Assembly (NCBI GenBank): GCA_035647835.1
Contig: DASRMS010000183.1
Span: 10,100-74,099, forward strand
Direction of reading: 5' to 3'
DNA: 64,000 nt
Source: Oscillospiraceae bacterium
GTDB taxonomy: Bacteria > Bacillota > Dethiobacteria > Dethiobacterales > Dethiobacteraceae
Made by a program: the position numbers and the translations under genes. This document shows, in pieces, positions 46,625-56,138 of this stretch; position 1 is the first letter of the stretch, and each line of letters starts with the position of its first letter. A model generated the notes under the pieces. The model saw nothing but the letters and a program-made list of their open reading frames with translations, made no database searches and had not been told where the DNA came from.

Positions 46625-47833
46625 TCAGCTCCCTTCCGATCCTCCATCGGAACTATCATCTTCATCTTGCCTCGATCCCGTGAGATCGGCCATTTCTCTG
46701 CTTCTGAACTGATTTAATTTTGCTTTGGCTTGCTCAAAGCCACCAGTGCTGATCAAGAGAAATATCGCCACAGCAGCAACCAGACCAGCAATAATCCACA
46801 AAACAGAACGTAGGGCCGTGCCGCCGGCACCCTGCGAAGTCGTAGGACTGGGACTGGCGGCCTGTTCACCTTCGGCTGTGCCATAGATAAAATCATTCAT
46901 TACCTCTGAAAAGAGGCCCATGGTCTCTTCAGCTTGATCTTTATCATTAGTATGGGAACCAACCTCAATCAAAGTAGCACGAGGTGACATGTCCTGGTTA
47001 TAGTTGCCTCGGGCCATAAAGATCCCTTTTACTAAACCGGGATATTTTTCGTCAGCCTGCTTCTTAATACCCTCGGCAAACTGCTGGTTATTAGCACGGT
47101 TTTGATTCTGCCTGCCCACAACCAGCTGCACTTGTACTCGCTTTTCACCTTCTACTTCTTCCAAATACTCTTCTTCGGGCACTGCATCACGGTGCACATC
47201 AATCAGCGCATCCGGTTGTTCCTTGAGAGCTTCCTCTACTGTACGTCGAGAGCGTTGATAAGCGCCAGCGTCATGGGGTGTATGGGGTTCCTTGGAACGG
47301 ACGACCTTAATGCCTTTTTCTTCAAACTTCTTTTGCAGAGTGTCCGCTACATCAAGAATTCCCCCACCGGGGTCTTTACTCTCTGTACCATCACCATCAA
47401 TGTACGATTCAGCGCCATGCGAGCTGTAGATGGCAATTTTTTTGGTTTTCTGCTCTCCTTTTTTCTGTACAGGTACTGCAGAACGTAACATATTACTTAC
47501 TCGTGCCAGCAGACCAGGTTGTGGTGGTGCTGCCAAGGTTCTTTTTTCAATTAACTCCGCCCGGGCCGTTTCACCGCGAACCGAAGTGACGCGATAGTAA
47601 TTATTATCAGCACTAATGTATTCATCACCAACCACAATTTCTCTGGCTGTACGCATAATGACCTTGCCGTTATTATCTTCCATGGTATAGTAAACGCCAG
47701 AACGATGATCACCATCAATACCATCAATCAGGTTATCGATGGCAAAACTGCTTTGTGTAGAAAAGAAAAGCAAACTAACCACCATTACTAAAACTGCTGT
47801 CAGCTTAAAAGTGTTAAAGCTACTCCTCCTCAT
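46625..47833 (-). CDS. spoIIP: stage II sporulation protein P
   Basis: N-terminal TM followed by a SpoIIP-type amidase region (IAIYSSHGAESY ... IDVHRDA ... ATLIEVGSHTN). Confidence 0.85.
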   Translation of the reverse strand: MRRSSFNTFKLTAVLVMVVSLLFFSTQSSFAIDNLIDGIDGDHRSGVYYTMEDNNGKVIMRTAREIVVGDEYISADNNYYRVTSVRGETARAELIEKRTLAAPPQPGLLARVSNMLRSAVPVQKKGEQKTKKIAIYSSHGAESYIDGDGTESKDPGGGILDVADTLQKKFEEKGIKVVRSKEPHTPHDAGAYQRSRRTVEEALKEQPDALIDVHRDAVPEEEYLEEVEGEKRVQVQLVVGRQNQNRANNQQFAEGIKKQADEKYPGLVKGIFMARGNYNQDMSPRATLIEVGSHTNDKDQAEETMGLFSEVMNDFIYGTAEGEQAASPSPTTSQGAGGTALRSVLWIIAGLVAAVAIFLLISTGGFEQAKAKLNQFRSREMADLTGSRQDEDDSSDGGSEGS

Positions 47834-48542
47834 GATTGTTTTCCTCCTTAGTCAAGCTATTTTCATCATGAGACAACTCTTCGCTAAATTCTCCTTCTGA
47901 CAGACCTTTCCTCAGACTTGACGGACGGTCTTCGGCAGGACCTCCTTGCAAACGTTCTCTAGTTTCACCAAAAATTTCTGCCAGTAAAAGCGATAAGATT
48001 CCTGCAATCACCACGCCGTCAAAGACACCGGCTCCGCCGATTACCATGCTGCCAGAACCACCACGCAAGGCAACTTCAATCCGTGAATAGATATCTGTCA
48101 GCAATAACCCCATAGAACCGGCAATAAAGGCAGAACGGCGCGAGCGCCCAGCTAAATAACCAACAACAGCTGCAATAATGGAAAAAATGTAGAATGGATC
48201 CAGGAACCTGTTATAGGTAGGCTCTGTGGGCAAAATTTTCATTGCTGCGTAAACAGCAAACGAGGCCACCAGAGCAGCTACTACTGCTCTGATTTTTTCC
48301 TTGGCTGTTCCTGCCTTGATAATCAGATAAACAGCTAAAGCTAAAGGAATTAGAGCACCACCAATATTAATGGACACATTATCACTAAGGGGAATATCCG
48401 GCAAAAAGCCCCCCACTACCATCGCGCCGACAAAAAGCAGCGCCGCGCGGTCTGTTAACCGCAGTCTGTCCAAGACGCGCTGGGCCGCACCTAGATAAAT
48501 AGCAATCGCCACGGCCACCAGCACTAACATCCCAATTGTCAT
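47820..48542 (-). CDS. DUF1614-like polytopic membrane protein
   Basis: Starts MTIGMLVLVAVAIAIYLGA at the ATG at 48542. Multiple TM segments and an acidic C-terminal tail. The family assignment is from memory. Confidence 0.5.
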   Translation of the reverse strand: MTIGMLVLVAVAIAIYLGAAQRVLDRLRLTDRAALLFVGAMVVGGFLPDIPLSDNVSINIGGALIPLALAVYLIIKAGTAKEKIRAVVAALVASFAVYAAMKILPTEPTYNRFLDPFYIFSIIAAVVGYLAGRSRRSAFIAGSMGLLLTDIYSRIEVALRGGSGSMVIGGAGVFDGVVIAGILSLLLAEIFGETRERLQGGPAEDRPSSLRKGLSEGEFSEELSHDENSLTKEENNHEEE

Positions 48543-48685
48543 AATCCTACACCTCCAGAAATCAACAGTTCTTAACATAGCGTTCGCAGAAAACATTAGA
48601 TTTATGCGAATTCTGCGTGTCAGGTTTGAATATTTTACCTAGAGACTTCGCGTTGTTTGCCAAGGTTGGTCTAATTTCCTCTAGA

Positions 48686-48722
48686 TTAAAAAAGATGACA
48701 GGGTGTAAATCCCTGTCATCTT
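48686..48722 (-). terminator. intrinsic terminator after fni
   Basis: 12-bp stem aagatgacaggg / ccctgtcatctt; the A-run on the plus strand is a U-run on the minus transcript. Confidence 0.75.
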
Positions 48723-48742
48723 GCGTAGGTTACTTATTTACT

Positions 48743-49771
48743 TTAGCGGCTTAAGCCGCGGGCTGTCATCCATTCTCTAGCTTGGCCGGTGATTACCAGC
48801 GGCACTTCTTGTAATTCACGAATGCTGGAGCAGCCTGTCATCAACATGACCATTTTTAATTCCGTTAGGATTTTCTGCAAACTTGCGACCAACTTTTCCG
48901 GCCCTGCTTTCTGCAAGATCCTTAAGGCTAAACCGGCGCTGCCTACTGCTTGTGCTCCCAAAGCCAAAGCTTTGGCGGCAAGCAGGCCGGAATTAATCCC
49001 GCCGGAAGCAATAATATCTACAGCAGGAGCACCCGCTTTTGCTTCCAAAATGGTCAGAGGTGTGCGAATTCCCCACTGCAGCAGCTCCGCGCTTATTTGC
49101 TGTTTAGTGCGGGCGCTTTCAATCTGCAGAAAGTTTGTCCCGCCTTGGCCACCAACATCAATGGCGGCTACACCAATATCCTGCAATTGCGCAGCTTGTT
49201 CCTTGGCGATGCCAAAACCAACTTCCTTCACAATTACCGGCACACTCACAGCTTTAACAATGGCGGCAAGGCGTTGACGCCAACCGCGGAAATCTCTGTC
49301 ACCCTCTGCCATCATTAGCTCCTGGGGAACATTCAAATGGATTTGCAGGGCATCGGCAGCTACCATCTCCACAGCTTGCTGTGCAGCTGTGAGCCCAGCA
49401 TTGGCACCAATGTTGGCGAAAATAATGCCTTGAGGGTAAACCTCACGGACCACACGATAGGTTTGCTGGTAGCGTTGATTCTCTAACGCCGCCATTTGTG
49501 AGCCAACAGCCATGGGCAAGCCACAGCTGCGAGCAGCAAGGGCTAAATCATGGTTAATTGCCTCTGCAGCCTCGACTCCTCCAGTAATGGCGTTAAGCAA
49601 CAGAGGTTGAGCTAGTGTCAGCCCTGCGACTGTTGTTGTTAAGTCCAGCGCTTGTAGAGCAGTCTCCGGCAGGCAGTTATGAATTAGCTCTATATCACTA
49701 AAATCAGCACTTGCCAAATCAAGCTGAACAGCATAGTGCAAATGTTCCAGCTTTCTTACCTGCCGAGTCAT
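48743..49771 (-). CDS. fni: type 2 isopentenyl-diphosphate delta-isomerase
   Basis: 342-aa FMN-dependent TIM-barrel protein with typical IDI-2 sequence (KLEHL ... GGQGGTNF). Confidence 0.9.
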   Translation of the reverse strand: MTRQVRKLEHLHYAVQLDLASADFSDIELIHNCLPETALQALDLTTTVAGLTLAQPLLLNAITGGVEAAEAINHDLALAARSCGLPMAVGSQMAALENQRYQQTYRVVREVYPQGIIFANIGANAGLTAAQQAVEMVAADALQIHLNVPQELMMAEGDRDFRGWRQRLAAIVKAVSVPVIVKEVGFGIAKEQAAQLQDIGVAAIDVGGQGGTNFLQIESARTKQQISAELLQWGIRTPLTILEAKAGAPAVDIIASGGINSGLLAAKALALGAQAVGSAGLALRILQKAGPEKLVASLQKILTELKMVMLMTGCSSIRELQEVPLVITGQAREWMTARGLSR

Positions 49772-49774
49772 TTA

Positions 49775-51802
49775 CTACTTATCCTTATTCATGCCATCAA
49801 ACAGGTCACCAAAGACATCACCCAGGGTTAGGCCCGTACCTGAATCCTGATGCTGCTGCGGTGCACGCTGCTGTGGTTCACGTTTGGGACGTGGTGCAGC
49901 TTCGCGCATGCTCAAACTGACTCTTTTAGCGTCAGTATTAATGTCAAGGATCTTAACTTTAACCACTTCACCTTTTTGTATCACATCAGAAGGCTGCTTG
50001 ACATGATAGTTAGCCAGTTGCGAGATATGCACTAAACCTTCTACTCCAGGGATCAATTCCACAAAAGCACCAAAGTCAACGAGGCGGGTAACTTTACCTT
50101 CCACCACATCTCCAGGTTGGTACTGTTTATCAATCTGTGTCCAGGGATCAGGTTGAGCTTTACGTAAAGAAAGACCAATCCGTTCCCGTTCTGGGATTAC
50201 TTCGGTTACTTTCACATCGATTTCTTCCCCCACACTTAATACTTCACCAGGGGTTTCAATGCGATGCCAAGAAATTTCGGAAATGTGTACTAACCCATCA
50301 ATGCCGCCCACATCAACGAAGGCACCAAAGTTGGTCAGTCTTTTTACTGTACCGTGAATAATTTGACCTGGTTGCAGGGAGTTTAGGATTTCTTCCTTCT
50401 TAACTTGGGTTTCTTCTTCCAGAACTTGCTTCCGTGACAGGATCAGTTTCTCTTTTTCCTTGCGCATCTCGATAATTTTAAAAGATACTTCTTGGTTTAG
50501 AAACACTGTAAAGTCTGGGACATAGCGCATGTCAACCAAGGAACCAGGCATAAAACCGTCATAACCGCCGCCTAAGTCAACAACCATCCCGGCTTTAACT
50601 GTTTCTTTAACAGTACCTGTCAAGACAGTGCCCTGATTAAATGCTTCCTCTAATTCTTCCCATCTCTTTTGACGGTCGATGGCTTTACGGGAAAGCGTTA
50701 CTTTGCCTTCTTGGTCATCCATGTCTTGGATTACAACTTCAATTTCTTGTCCTGTTTGCAAAACCGCAGAGAGAGTTTGGTCAGCTTGTAATATAACTTC
50801 CTGGCGAGGAAGTACCCCCTCGCTCTTGTACCCAATGTCAACCAGGGCCTCGTCATCAGACACCTGTTCAACAGTGCCTTGCACTACATCACCCACGGAG
50901 AAATCACGCATTACCTGATCCATGGGCACCTCCTCAACTTCCACCTGCTCTTCTTGTACTTCTGCTTCTAGATTCTTTTCATTTTCCATCTTACCAATAA
51001 CCTCCTTTATCAACCAGTCGGGTGTTGAAGCACCGGCAGTCACCCCGACTGTCCTCAACCCTTGCAATTGCGCGGTATCTAGGCTGTCCGCATCCGTCAC
51101 TTCAATGGTTTTAGTGCCCGCAGCCCGGCAGATTGCTGCCAGTTTCTGCGTGTTGCTGCTTTTTTTACTGCCGATTACCACCATTGCCTCAGCTTTTTGA
51201 GCTAATTCGCTGGCCGCCTTCTGCCGCAATGCCGTCGCGTTACAAATGGTATTATATATATGAACCACCGGTACTAACTCTTTTAGCTTCTCCACAATTT
51301 CTTCCAGAATACGAACTTGTTGTGTAGTTTGTGCCACTACTGCCACAGGACGTGTGGAATCCAAACCTGGCAGCTGCTCAACTTCTGCGGCTGTCTGCAC
51401 GACAAAAGGCCGTTCATGCCCCCAGCCCAAAACTCCTTGTACTTCTGGATGCTCGCGGGTGCCAACTATTACAACTTGCTGCCCCGCCTCTACTAAAGCC
51501 GCCACCTGCTGCTGCAGCTTTTGTACAAAAGTGCAAGTAGCATTGATAATGTTTAATCCTCGTGCTGCTGCTGCCTGTAAGACTTCTGGTCGAACACCAT
51601 GGGTACGAATGATAACTGTAGCACCACTGGGCACGCTTGTCAAATCATCTACCTGTCTCACACCCTGCTCCGCTAAACGATCAATTAAACTTTCATTATG
51701 AGCCAGCGGACCCAAGGTATAGATTGGACCTTGTGCGGCCGTTGCCAGCGCCAAAGCTACTGCTTTTTTGACGCCGCCGCAAAAACCGGCCTTCTCTGCC
51801 AT
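49775..51802 (-). CDS. ispH: bifunctional 4-hydroxy-3-methylbut-2-enyl diphosphate reductase / ribosomal protein S1 fusion
   Basis: The N-terminal ~280 aa are IspH/LytB (AGFCGGVKKAV ... NTICNAT). These are followed by four S1 OB-fold repeats (GTV..L.NFGAFV type). Confidence 0.9.
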   Translation of the reverse strand: MAEKAGFCGGVKKAVALALATAAQGPIYTLGPLAHNESLIDRLAEQGVRQVDDLTSVPSGATVIIRTHGVRPEVLQAAAARGLNIINATCTFVQKLQQQVAALVEAGQQVVIVGTREHPEVQGVLGWGHERPFVVQTAAEVEQLPGLDSTRPVAVVAQTTQQVRILEEIVEKLKELVPVVHIYNTICNATALRQKAASELAQKAEAMVVIGSKKSSNTQKLAAICRAAGTKTIEVTDADSLDTAQLQGLRTVGVTAGASTPDWLIKEVIGKMENEKNLEAEVQEEQVEVEEVPMDQVMRDFSVGDVVQGTVEQVSDDEALVDIGYKSEGVLPRQEVILQADQTLSAVLQTGQEIEVVIQDMDDQEGKVTLSRKAIDRQKRWEELEEAFNQGTVLTGTVKETVKAGMVVDLGGGYDGFMPGSLVDMRYVPDFTVFLNQEVSFKIIEMRKEKEKLILSRKQVLEEETQVKKEEILNSLQPGQIIHGTVKRLTNFGAFVDVGGIDGLVHISEISWHRIETPGEVLSVGEEIDVKVTEVIPERERIGLSLRKAQPDPWTQIDKQYQPGDVVEGKVTRLVDFGAFVELIPGVEGLVHISQLANYHVKQPSDVIQKGEVVKVKILDINTDAKRVSLSMREAAPRPKREPQQRAPQQHQDSGTGLTLGDVFGDLFDGMNKDK

Positions 51803-51831
51803 AATAATCTCCAGCGTTTCTTCACCTCAAT

Positions 51832-52413
51832 CTAACTTTTACGCAGACGGTCTATTTCTTGCATGATCCGCTGCGCGATCTTAGCAAGCTCTTCACCTTT
51901 TACCTTGACCCCATAATATTCAGGAAAGTAAAGGGGCGTGCCAATCCGTACACGTATGGGATGAAACAAGCGATAAGGTCCAGCAATACCAATGGGAATT
52001 ACAGGCGCTTCACTTTTGGCTGCGATTAGACCGACACCGGCTTGTGGTGTTAATAATTCATTAGTATGACTGCGAGTACCTTCTGGAAAAATGCCCAAAC
52101 CGTGCCCCGCTTTTAAGGTTTCCAGGGCAGTTTTGATGGCTCGCCGATCAGCACTATTGCGTTTAACAGGAAAAACTTTTATTGCTTTTAGCACTGTACC
52201 CAAGATAGGCGTCTTTATCAATTCTTCTTTGGCCATGAAACGGGCAAAACGCGGTGTGATGGCGCCAAGCAGCGGCGGATCCCACCAAGAAAAATGATTG
52301 CCGCACATAATAAAGGGGCCTTCTTGCGGTATATTCTCCCGTCCCTGTACATCCCAGCGAAAAAAGATTGCGAATATTACTGCGAAAAATCTTCTAAAGA
52401 TTTGGTAAGCCAT
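51832..52413 (-). CDS. plsC: 1-acyl-sn-glycerol-3-phosphate acyltransferase
   Basis: NHFSWWD (HX4D) and FPEGTRS motifs. Confidence 0.85.
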   Translation of the reverse strand: MAYQIFRRFFAVIFAIFFRWDVQGRENIPQEGPFIMCGNHFSWWDPPLLGAITPRFARFMAKEELIKTPILGTVLKAIKVFPVKRNSADRRAIKTALETLKAGHGLGIFPEGTRSHTNELLTPQAGVGLIAAKSEAPVIPIGIAGPYRLFHPIRVRIGTPLYFPEYYGVKVKGEELAKIAQRIMQEIDRLRKS

Positions 52414-52429
52414 GCCCTTCCCCCCGCTA

Positions 52430-53098
52430 TCACCTGGTAACTGTTTCTACAATTAAAGCTACTACCTCATCTATCGTTAACTCTGTGGAATCAATATGGA
52501 TGGCATCATCTGCTGGTCGCAGCGGCGAACATTCCCGCTCTGAATCAATTTTATCGCGGGCCGCAATTTCTTCCTTCATCTGCTCCAGCGTCAGTGACTG
52601 ACCCTTTTCCAGCAGTTCCGCCAAACGACGTCGAGCCCGTTCAGCTAAAGAAGCGGTCAGGTAGAATTTATACTCTGCCTCAGTCATCACGTTAGTGCCA
52701 ATATCACGACCATCCATTACTACGCCGCCACGCTGACCTATTTCTTTTTGTTTTTGCACCATCACAGCACGTACTCCCGGGCAGCGAGCAACCAGCGACA
52801 CATGACGACTGACCTGCGGTTCGCGAATGGTCTCACTTACATTTTCTCCATCTAAAAAAAGGATATTTTGTCCTTCGTCATTATATTGTACATCCAAATC
52901 AGCCTGAGCAGCTAAAACTGCCAGCGCTTGCTGATCCTGGAAGTCAATCTTCCGGCGCAAACCGGCCACTGTGATGGCACGATACATAGCGCCTGTATCT
53001 AAATAAGCAAGTCCTAACCGTTTGGCTACTGCTCGGGCTACGGTACTTTTACCTGCACCAGCTGGACCGTCAATGGCGATTCTCGGTTTCATGCCCAA
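52430..53098 (-). CDS. cmk: cytidylate kinase
   Basis: IAIDGPAGAGKST P-loop with typical Cmk sequence. Confidence 0.95.
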   Translation of the reverse strand: MGMKPRIAIDGPAGAGKSTVARAVAKRLGLAYLDTGAMYRAITVAGLRRKIDFQDQQALAVLAAQADLDVQYNDEGQNILFLDGENVSETIREPQVSRHVSLVARCPGVRAVMVQKQKEIGQRGGVVMDGRDIGTNVMTEAEYKFYLTASLAERARRRLAELLEKGQSLTLEQMKEEIAARDKIDSERECSPLRPADDAIHIDSTELTIDEVVALIVETVTR

Positions 53099-53179
53099 AC
53101 CCTCTTTCCTTATGCCGCCAAGCTATTTTTTCGCGGAAAGCGTTTTCTTGGCCTAAAATAGCACAACAAAAACAACACA

Positions 53180-53557
53180 CTAGGTGTTGTCAGAAACGAG
53201 GTCTGGCCGCAGTTGGCGGGCTTCCCTCAAATAGATAAATTGCACAGCTTGGTTTTGCTCCATGTTGACATGCATCAAGACCCGGATACATCTGGGTAAA
53301 GCGCCGGGCACCGCCATTTCTACTGTATCAAAAAGAGCTGCAGCTGTCCAGCCAAGCTCACGTGCAGCGGCAGCAGGAAAAGCAGCGTTTAGATCCGGTG
53401 TTGCGGAAAAAATGATACTAACAAGTGCAGCTGGGTCAATTTGATTAACCTCAGCCATTTTATGTAGTAATTCTCTTGTGGCAGCTTTAATTTCACTAGC
53501 ACTGTTTTGTGAAACTGTAGTTGCCCCCCGAATACCCCTCACAACACAACAACCCAC
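53180..53557 (-). CDS. aroH: chorismate mutase, AroH class
   Basis: VRGIRGATTV N-terminus and the CIRVLMH motif. AGGAGG lies 8 nt upstream of the GTG at 53557. Confidence 0.85.
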   Translation of the reverse strand: MGCCVVRGIRGATTVSQNSASEIKAATRELLHKMAEVNQIDPAALVSIIFSATPDLNAAFPAAAARELGWTAAALFDTVEMAVPGALPRCIRVLMHVNMEQNQAVQFIYLREARQLRPDLVSDNT

Positions 53558-53636
53558 TACGACGTCCTCCTACTTACCCGCTATATCTAAAATAATAGCT
53601 TAGATTAAACGATTTGGCAAGCCTTTTCCCGCTGGC

Positions 53637-54143
53637 TTAATCAACTTTCCCCACTGAGACAAAGGAAACAGTCTCCGGCTGACCAAAAAAAGTAATCTGC
53701 TTCCCCTCAATTGGCGCAATAATTCCCTCTGAAACCGAAGTCACGGCGATCACCACATCTTCTGTTGGCACTTTACTATCAACTTCTACCTGATCCCCGT
53801 CATGCACCGCTACTAATACCGAGCTGCCGTCGGCAAAAGCTGTTACAGTCTCGCCATTCACCAACACTTTTATTCCTGTCCCATCCGCATCGTTAATAAT
53901 GCTTAATCTTAGATATCGCTGCTCATTATCAACAACAGGACGTGAAATTGCTGGCTGATCTGGCTCCTGCTGCGTTACCGGCGTTCCCTCAAAACGATCA
54001 ACCAAACTTAAAATACTGCGGAAATCTGGCCGCGTCAGCAATGCTTGGGTCAGCAGCAACAAAAAGAGCATCACGCCAACACACTTAAGCATAAAACGTT
54101 CAAAGCGACTGGTACGTTCCTGGAACCAACGCCCAAAATCCAT
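53637..54143 (-). CDS. hypothetical membrane-anchored protein
   Basis: 168 aa with a single N-terminal TM. No family recognised. Confidence 0.4.
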   Translation of the reverse strand: MDFGRWFQERTSRFERFMLKCVGVMLFLLLLTQALLTRPDFRSILSLVDRFEGTPVTQQEPDQPAISRPVVDNEQRYLRLSIINDADGTGIKVLVNGETVTAFADGSSVLVAVHDGDQVEVDSKVPTEDVVIAVTSVSEGIIAPIEGKQITFFGQPETVSFVSVGKVD

Positions 54144-54189
54144 CCCCTAGCCCCCCTTCTACCAAAGAGTATGCCAAAGAGTAGGGAAT

Positions 54190-55428
54190 TTATGCCTGTT
54201 GGGCTGCAGAAAGACCGGCTACAAAACCAGTAGCAAAGGCTGCTTGTAAATTATAGCCCCCCGTATTGCCATCAATATCTATAACTTCACCGGCAAAGTA
54301 GAGTCCCCCGACCAGCTTGGACGCCATCGTCGTCGGCTGAATTTCTTTGACTGCAACACCACCAGCCGTAACAATAGCCTCACGCAATGAACGCATGCTT
54401 TTGATATTTAGGGTTAAGTCGGTAAGTGCGGTGAGTAAAGCCTCGCGCTGCGCTTTAGTTATTTGATTGACCGGCAATTCCGGATCGATGCCTGAAAGCA
54501 TAATAATTGTTTCAATCAGGCGCTGCGGCAAGAGATCATTAAGGCTGTTTTTAAACTGTTTACGAATATTATTTTCGAAATCACGCAGCAGTCGAGCATC
54601 TAACTTCTCTCGCGTTAAGGCTGGTTTTAAATTAAGATGCAGTTGAGGTTTTTGTTTTTTAACCAAGGCGTTAACAGCTTCGCGGCTGATAGTGAGAATA
54701 ATGGGGCCGCTGACACCATAGTGAGTAAATAACATTTCACCGAATTCTTCCGCCACGACACGCCCTTTAACTGTTAATTTAGCAGTTACATTTTTCAAAG
54801 CCACCCCTGTCAACTCACGCACCCAGTTTTCCTCTGTTTCTAAAGGCACTAGGGCTGGCCGGGTTGGCACAATGGTATGACCAACCGCTTGGGCCAGACG
54901 ATAACCATCGCCGGTAGAACCAGTGGCAGGATAAGAAGCACCCCCGGCAGCAATAATTACTGCATCGGCGGCAATCTCTTCTTCGTCACAAACTATCCCC
55001 CGTATTTCCCCTCCCTCCGTAATGATTAGCTTGGTAACCTGTTTACCCAGCTGAACTTGCACCCCTTGGTTTTGCAGCCACTGCGTCAGAGCATCCACGA
55101 CATCTTGTGCCCTTTGTGACTCGGGGAAAACCCGGCCTCCCCGTTCTACTACTGTGGGCACCCCTAAGTCTAACAGAAACTGCCGCAGCTGATCATTCGT
55201 AAAGCGGTACAAGGGGCCGTAAAGAAAAGTTCCGTTACCAGGATACTGTTGAATCATCTCTTCAATCTCAGCCGCATTAGTAACATTACCGCGACCTTTG
55301 CCCGTAATGGCCAACTTCTTGCCTAACCTTAAATTTTTTTCCACTAAGATCACATTTGCCCCTGCTTTTGCTGCCTGCCCCGCCGCCATCATGCCGGCTG
55401 GCCCTCCGCCAATTACTACTATCTTCAT
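54190..55428 (-). CDS. NAD(P)/FAD-dependent oxidoreductase, HI0933/YhiN (BaiN-like) family
   Basis: VIGGGPAGMMAA dinucleotide motif. 412 aa with typical family layout. Confidence 0.8.
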   Translation of the reverse strand: MKIVVIGGGPAGMMAAGQAAKAGANVILVEKNLRLGKKLAITGKGRGNVTNAAEIEEMIQQYPGNGTFLYGPLYRFTNDQLRQFLLDLGVPTVVERGGRVFPESQRAQDVVDALTQWLQNQGVQVQLGKQVTKLIITEGGEIRGIVCDEEEIAADAVIIAAGGASYPATGSTGDGYRLAQAVGHTIVPTRPALVPLETEENWVRELTGVALKNVTAKLTVKGRVVAEEFGEMLFTHYGVSGPIILTISREAVNALVKKQKPQLHLNLKPALTREKLDARLLRDFENNIRKQFKNSLNDLLPQRLIETIIMLSGIDPELPVNQITKAQREALLTALTDLTLNIKSMRSLREAIVTAGGVAVKEIQPTTMASKLVGGLYFAGEVIDIDGNTGGYNLQAAFATGFVAGLSAAQQA

Positions 55429-55521
55429 CTATATCCCCCTACACAAGACCTTAATATCCATATCATAACCAAAAGCACTTACTCAAAAACATTACCAACC
55501 TTGTAGGAAACTCGCTTTGCA

Positions 55522-55552
55522 GACGAAAACAGAAAAGCGGCCCGCGCCGCTT
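55522..55552 (-). terminator. intrinsic terminator
   Basis: Stem aagcggc / gccgctt with a U-rich tail on the minus transcript. Confidence 0.55.
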
Positions 55553-55573
55553 ATTCCTCTTTCCATCTATTAT

Positions 55574-56089
55574 TTAATCCGCATAACGTTTCATTTTTTG
55601 CCGCCACTGATTTTTTGCTTGGCTGTGCACTTCGAAGAATATTTGTTCCATCTCCGGCACCGACATTTGCAACCCGCTGGGCTCAACAATCTTTAAGCGG
55701 CGAAATTCATCCCGAACTGCAAAACGAATGAGAAAATTAAAGGAGTCAGCTGTCACTTCCAGCTCCAAAGGTGCAAAAGCCACTTCATCATCTACCTCTT
55801 CATCATAAACACTATAGATTTCGCCCAGCTCAATATTCTCCACAAACACACCTTGTACTGGTACATTACGCCACAAAGCAGCCTGTTGTTCCCGCAGTTC
55901 TGCAGCTACTTCCTCGGTTCCCTTGCCGCCAAAGAAGAAACGGGAAGGACGGGCTTTACCACGATAATCAAAACGGATGCGAGCGCGGATTTTTTCAGCG
56001 TTTTTCATTTCAGTTACCTCTTCAGGGCGCGGCTCTGTAAGGGGAAGTTGTCGTTCAAAACCTGGTTTTAACACATTGCTCTCCTCCAA
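55574..56089 (-). CDS. hypothetical acidic protein
   Basis: 171 aa with no TM segment. No family recognised. Confidence 0.4.
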   Translation of the reverse strand: MEESNVLKPGFERQLPLTEPRPEEVTEMKNAEKIRARIRFDYRGKARPSRFFFGGKGTEEVAAELREQQAALWRNVPVQGVFVENIELGEIYSVYDEEVDDEVAFAPLELEVTADSFNFLIRFAVRDEFRRLKIVEPSGLQMSVPEMEQIFFEVHSQAKNQWRQKMKRYAD

Positions 56090-56138
56090 TATGGCACCTT
56101 TTTGTTATAATTTCCCGTTTGTTGGAAACTAATTCGTG

